A DNA stretch of 64,000 bases from Eledone cirrhosa (lineage: Eukaryota). Each line of letters opens with the position of its first letter. Positions within the stretch are counted from its first letter, which is position 1. The notes under the pieces were generated by a model. That model had not been told where the DNA came from. It worked only from the letters and a program-made list of their open reading frames with translations, and ran no database searches. The stretch spans positions 95,852,001 to 95,916,000 of the forward strand of contig OZ024741.1 of NCBI GenBank assembly GCA_964016885.1, given 5' to 3'. Shown piece by piece: positions 57,219-64,000 of this stretch. Position numbers and translations under genes: made by a program.

Positions 57219-58706
57219 TAATTGAACGCTAAATGTTTAAGGTAATAACAAATCATGTAGGATTAGGACTTAGAACATAAAAATGTACAACTAATTTCTA
57301 GGAGACATACAGACCGACAACCTATTGTTTCTTTCATTTCACTGCCTCTAAACTGTTTTTATTGCTATTATTTAACGCCAAGTAAGCTCTGAAAAGCATG
57401 AGATTAGACCGTCGTCTTGTATAACAGGGACTATATTGGCCTACGAATCATTTAATACGACAGGCTGTTATTTCTACCATGTCAAGTAACCACATAAAGC
57501 AGCGGGAATGAACCAATGGCACCGTGTCTGCTAGGTCAAACTACAAGTCTTCACGTGACATACAGCTTTGAAAAAAATAAAAAATAGCCCCTCAATATAA
57601 ATTATAAAATGATTATCTATGATCTGAAACTAAAATGCTTGTATACATGTGGTACCCGAATACCATGATTATAAAATGAATTAATATGTCGACAAGCCTG
57701 TCTGACACTGCTTACCATTATTGGTATAGTGGTTCTCTCGTTGGTCGACTAGGATTTAGTGAGTCATGAACTAGATAAGTGGTGGAGCCTATTTCGTCTT
57801 CAAATCTATCGACTGACCTCCATTAGAATTTGCTGAAACACACAGAAAGTGAATTCAAATAAGAACCCAGCCAGAGATAAAGCCCACATTTAGTTAGATA
57901 TGAGCTTGCTTAGTTGGAATTGTAGCTTTGTTGTTTAGTATTGATCAGACAAACCTATACCTTAACGGATTCTAGCAATGATAAACTCAATTTTCTTTCA
58001 GGATTCACTATCATATGCCTTCTTCATTTCTTTCGAAACTGTAGGGAACGATATAAAGGAGATTTGGCTGTTATTTCTAGGAAGTTGAGTGTGTATAGGA
58101 AGACTTTCTAATTGGCCCATTCCATCATATTGCCAATCTGCCAACGCATATATACACATAATAAACACATGTATAAACGCTTGTCTATAAAAATCATATA
58201 TACATATTCGCAGGCGGTAATATATAATTTAATGACAGGAAATACGTTTTGATGTTGGTTTTTATCACAAAATTAATTAAACGCAAGATAAATTCAGATA
58301 TATGCTGGAAGATATTTTTCAGAGGCTTTTCTTCGGGACACAAATTAAGTAATGCAATAAAATATGTTGTAATATCTCAATCATTTCATAATTACTGATT
58401 TTTCTATTAATTCATTCTATGCCAAACCAAACATCCCCATTAAGACTATCTCTTCCTTAATTAAAAATCTGTTAATGTGTTCATTATATACACACATATA
58501 TATATAGACGTTCATATAAACACATAAGCATATGTGCACATACACACACACCCACACACACACACACACTCTCTCTCACCTCATATATATATACACAAAT
58601 ACAGTCTCCAACCAACTGAGACAATCTTCTCAATTTCTAAACTGAAACTCTAATATAGAGTTGTTCCGTGATGGAAGAGAGAAGAGGAGAGGGAAGAGAT
58701 TGATAG

Positions 58707-58763
<57 letters not shown>

Positions 58764-59199
58764 TAGATAGATAGATAGATAGTTATATATATATAGGAAA
58801 AGAGCGAGGACCCAGATGGCTGAGCACTGGCCGTTTCGACAGCTAGATCCGTTCCGTCGGAGCTCAGCCGTCGGGGTCCTGACTCTTTTCCTATTACCTA
58901 CTCTACTATCCTAAGTATCGAGTACTCTGGTGCATTATGGTCCACATGGTATCTTACCACACCTTCTTTGTTATATATATATATATATATATAGGAACGA
59001 GTAGGACCCCGACGGCTAAGCTCAAGCCGTTTCGACGGCTAATTCTGGACTAAAGATTTTTTAGTCCAGAATTAGCCGTCGAAACGGCTTGAGCTTAGCC
59101 GTCGGGGTCCTACTCGTTCCTATTACCCACTCTACAACCCTAAGTATTGAGTACTTTGGTGCGTTATGGTCCACCTGGTTCCTTACCACATTTCCTTCG

Positions 59200-59257
<58 letters not shown>

Positions 59258-59463
59258 GTGAGGAACTTAGTGTAATTTCCATCCGAATAAGATGGTCCAA
59301 AATAATTGTGGCCTATCTTTTTTTACACCATACTCCCCATGGAATGTAAGAAAAACCTACGAACATATGAGTATATAACCAGTAACACCTCACTTATCTA
59401 TCTATCTATCTATCTCTCAACCCCCTCGCTCTCTTTCTTTATATATATATATATATATATATA

Positions 59464-60304
59464 TCTAATATATATTTGTGAAATGGGTGGTGGTTGAAAT
59501 TCAGATGTGCACGGTTAAAAGGTAGTAGACGTGGTCGGACGGACTTGAAAATATACACACCTATGTAAAAAGTACCAAGGAAGCAAATAGACGAGGTTCC
59601 AAATTTCTAACTTGAAAAATGTGGTCCCTAGGGCCCCCAAACGGTCTATTTACTATCGCGTTCGGTGAGTTATTTCCCCCTGTTCTAATACTTGGATGAG
59701 TTATTTACAATTTCATACACATTTTTAAACTCATCAACGTTCTTTCGCTGTTAACATACAGTACCAATAATTTGAAAATTATTATTGAAAGTTTATTATA
59801 AAGAAGCAGTTTCAGGAAAAAAAATAGAAATATGCACTTGGGGCTGGACGGCGTACAATGAGAAGTGGAGCGACGTGAAAAGCGTTGTTTATTAACAGCG
59901 AAATAGCAATGTCGATGATATGCAAGTTTGAAAATGCAGATTAATAAACTGTTGCCTTCTACAGTACGTTTCATTTTCACAGTACCGTTTTATGAAATCG
60001 ATTCTGCAGTACGGTCACTGTTTTTCATCAAAAGAAATAAAACCCTTAAATTGCGAAGAAGGGACGCGTGTTTTTATCAGTAAGTAGTATTTTTCAAATT
60101 GCATATCATCGACATTGCTATTTCGCTGTTAATAAACAACGCTTTTCACGTCGCTCCACTTCTCATTGTACGCCGTACAGCCCCAAGTGCATATTTCTAT
60201 TTTTTTTCCTGAAACTGCTTCTTTATAATAAACTTTCAATAATATTTTTCAAATTATTAACTTAATAAAAAGTGGCCCCGGGTGCAACCGGGCTCAGCTG
60301 CTAG
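59464..60304 (+). mobile_element. Non-autonomous Helitron with an internal inverted repeat
   Basis: A|TCTAATATAT 5' end. 3' hairpin CCCGG-GTGCAA-CCGGG then CTAG|T at 60301-60304. Confidence 0.7.
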
Positions 60305-60617
60305 TATATATATATTTGTGGTAAGGTTGCTTGGATGCGTCCGTAGGCGGTATGCCGGTTGAGCAGAGTATGATAATATGGAAAACGAAGAATCAGTGAT
60401 GCACCGGAACACACATTTATTACGTATTACAAATGTTTTTCCGGCGAACAGCTCGAGGTGCGATCTGTTTGTGAATCGAACCTGACTCTGGATTCGCAAG
60501 TTCCTCAGATACGTCTAGTGATTTCGAAGTAAATTGTCTTTCTGCTTTCAACTTTCTGCTTTCGACTTTCTATCGTCTGCCTTCATCCGATGTATCACTG
60601 ATTCTTCGTTTTCCATA

Positions 60618-60708
<91 letters not shown>

Positions 60709-60897
60709 AAATTAGAAATATAAGCTTCCACCGTATTTTTGACTAAAGAAATTTTAGCCTGATAGTGGGGTTTACAACCCTCAGAGAAATGGAAAAAGAT
60801 CAGTATTGACGTACATTTCGCTAAGGGTTCGAAACCCCACTATCAGGCTAACATTTCTTTAGTCAAAAATACGGTGAAAGCTTATATTTCTAATTTT
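60709..60897. repeat. Foldback element next to (TA)n
   Basis: AATTAGAAATATAAGCTT...CTGATAGTGGGGTTT is mirrored by AAACCCCACTATCAG...AAGCTTATATTTCTAATT. Confidence 0.75.
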
Positions 60898-60934
60898 CAA
60901 ACTCGCTCACTGTTTTCAAAACATACTTAACTTG

Positions 60935-60967
<33 letters not shown>

Positions 60968-61162
60968 GACGCATACATACACATACACAATAAAATAAAG
61001 AATAATGCAAATAAGAAAAAATATAAAAAGGTGAGGGGGAGAAGAGCAAGAGAGAAAAGAAAGAAGAAAAGAAAGACAGAAAGCAAGAGAGAAAGGGAAA
61101 GAAAATAGGTCTTTAGTATAGGTTTTCTTGGAGTTATGGTTTTTCTTTTTATCTCGCGATGG

Positions 61163-61207
<45 letters not shown>

Positions 61208-61249
61208 AGTGTGTCTATGTGGTTGCAAGTGTTTCCATACAGGCATGTG

Positions 61250-63040
61250 TTGGTTATTCCTATCCATAGATCACTATTTATTGTCTAATGGGGAAATCAC
61301 ATATTCAATTGTGGCTTGTATAAGTTAATGAATTTACAAGAACCTTTGCAGAAACAATCAAGCTACCAACCTCAACCCACCCAAACCACAGACATTATTC
61401 CCCTCAACCTGAAATACAGTAAAAAACCACATCAGAAAGAACACACAAAATCACCCCAATATTCACAATCATAAAAGAATCTCTCAAAGAACCAAACTAC
61501 AAAACAACAGAGGGCGCCCTCAGAACATAAACCATACGGATTTCAGAAGAAATTCACCCTGACGACGTGGAATTGCAACAAAACTCACACATAAAAGCGA
61601 CTATAACAGGTACCACATCCTACCTTACAATAATTTCCATTAAAAAAAAATCACCCAACAGAAACAGTCGCAATCAAAACAACAATCTTTTTTTTAGCAA
61701 AAAGACAGAAATACCAGGACACACGATGGCCCCCACACATAAAAAATCGAAGATAACTAACTTTTCAAAGAACTCCTTGACAAACACCCAAATTAAGTAA
61801 GGGACTGAAATTTAGACCCACCCCAAAACAATCAAATTTCCCCGAAATGAAAAACATCATGGAATTCTGTCGAAAACTTAAGCTAGCAGAATTTTATCTC
61901 CGAAAATCATGACAATGAAGACGAGTTAGTAATAAAAGTGATTCTTTTTTTTTTAAAAAAGGAAACAATAATGCAGTAGACTCCTACTGCGAACACATAA
62001 TGAATTTCCCCATTGGAAAACATTGGAAATAGAAACAACAAATCAAATTTCTCAAAGCATGAATGGAAGAACTTAATTGATTTACAAAAAACCCCCACTG
62101 AAATCACCATTAAAGAAGCTGATAAAGGTAACACTGTTGTCATCATTAACACGAACTACTATAAAGATCTGGCACTATAAAGATCTGGCATCTAAAATGT
62201 TAGAAGATAACAGTTACTATGAAAAAATCCTCTAGCTACAAACAATAAAAACAATGAAAAATCTTCTAACTCTTCAAAATAAGTATCTAACTCTTCAAAA
62301 TAAGTACTGCAAAGGTCTCGCCACAAAAGAAATCGATTACATAAGCCACTTCAAACGCTCAGCTAGCATAGTCCTGCCGAAACCACAAAATTGCAAACAG
62401 ATAAATGACGCTTGTAAAACCTCGACAACCAAATACATCCAGTTAACAACTCTTAAGGATTTAAAGCTGCAGCCAATTATAGTAGGCCATCACTTGCAAT
62501 CGAATAACTCGTTGGTATATGTTACGTTTGCGCTAAGGATTTTTTTTAAGTGTCCTTGCAATCGTGAGCAGACTTAAACACTTTCTCTGCCCTTCTAGCA
62601 GAGATAGACTATATAATATATCAGATGTTCTGATTTGCTGTTCATTTCTCCATTTATGTTAAATAATTGTCCGGAACTAGTATTAAATTAGTTTCATACG
62701 GCGCTACTGTATGTCAGACACAAGTTTTATTGGAAAGTTTGAAATTATTTTCTGATGTAAATATTCCTCTGTGAGAGTTTTTGAGGGTCTTTGGTTGGCG
62801 AGATCTTGCATTTTTATGCATTGTAACATGATGAGCAGGTTTACATTAATGCTGGCAAATAAGTTTGCTACTTTTCGATCCTAATTTTTAATAAACAGAA
62901 TAATATATTCCTCAACTTTCTATCTAGAAGTGTATCCAGTTGTTTCTTTGCCTTTTTAATCCCGTAATCTATTAAATTCAACTGTTTTATTTCCATTTAC
63001 AATAAACTTTATCAAATTATATTATACCAAAGGGTCTTAT
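61250..63040. mobile_element. Degraded, rearranged Penelope-like element
   Basis: Plus strand: KGLKF.P.PK-like, EFCRKLKL and TEITIKEADKGNTVVII...Y (DKG motif). Minus strand: KFINLYKPQLN* (GIY-YIG-like end, about 61300-61335) and RSRQPKTLKN (about 62780-62810). Confidence 0.7.
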
Positions 63041-63060
63041 AATCCCTCTCTCTCTCTCTC

Positions 63061-63174
<114 letters not shown>

Positions 63175-64000
63175 TATATCATTCACAAAGCATTGCTCAA
63201 TTTATCAATGAAAACATTTGCCTAAGAGTTACGCATTAATGTTCAAATTTAAAAAAAAATGAAATGCGTGATGTCGCTTAATATTAATTTCAGAATATAT
63301 ATTTTCAGACAAATATGTGTATTTTAGCTTTAACGTGTGTAAATGATTTTCAGTCTATATGATCGCAGCCCCAATTGAATAATTTAAACAATAAACAAAT
63401 ATGTTAAATACTCGTAAAAAGTTAATTCTTTAAATTAGATCCTTATATTTTATCCCACGTGAGTTTCCTTTACTTCTGCTTTCGTTTACATTACCCCCGT
63501 TGTGGCAACGACAAGATAAAAGTGATGAGCTTTTATTCATCATCAAACGACTTGAAGATACTTCTGTAAATATTACGTTCAATACTACCAACGAATTTAA
63601 TCAAGAAAGACTGGCGTGAAATTATTCCTGTATTGCCAACATGTCACGTGCGATACATAGAATCATACATCTCTAGATGATACGAGCCAACTCGTAGTAG
63701 GTCTCTATGGACTCACTTCACCCGCTAGAAATAACAGCCATATAGCCATTAAATTACAGCCTACCGTATTATAAAATAAAAGGGCACTAAGAATAATTTA
63801 ATTATAGATTCATTATGTGCGAATAAAAAAGAACAAGAAGGTGACGACTGATGGGTATTTGAAAATATGTCAGATCAAATCGAGTAGCCATAGGGCTAAA
63901 ATATTGACTAGGGATAGAAAATATTTCAACTCCAACAACTATTAACACTTTAGAAAGCTTAAGGGAGCTACTATTTCTCTCGTCACCCTTCTTGTATGCA

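Overview
AT-rich, microsatellite-dense eukaryotic DNA with no convincing host protein-coding gene. The SINE and RTE families look octopod/cephalopod, but this is inferred. Most ORFs in the track are simple-repeat artefacts. Real content is almost entirely mobile DNA. (1) A decayed Helitron (RepHel pseudogene, minus strand) joined head-to-tail to its own deletion derivative, plus a separate non-autonomous Helitron. (2) Two islands (about 4.8-9.5 kb and 30.3-35.9 kb) where two R4/Dong-type restriction-like-endonuclease (REL) LINE families and several RTE-derived SINE-like families are stacked inside (TATG)n. (3) Many tRNA-derived SINE copies and fragments of RTE, CRE-like, Tx1-like, Dong-like, Penelope and Chapaev3-like elements and MITEs. 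(4) Most notably, many short (TA)n-embedded elements that carry type I hammerhead ribozymes (HHRs). One is a near-perfect retrozyme-like unit at 21091-21913 with two intact hammerheads exactly 465 nt apart, predicting a 465-nt self-excising and possibly circular RNA. All alignments and folds were done by eye, so element boundaries are approximate unless exact motifs are quoted.
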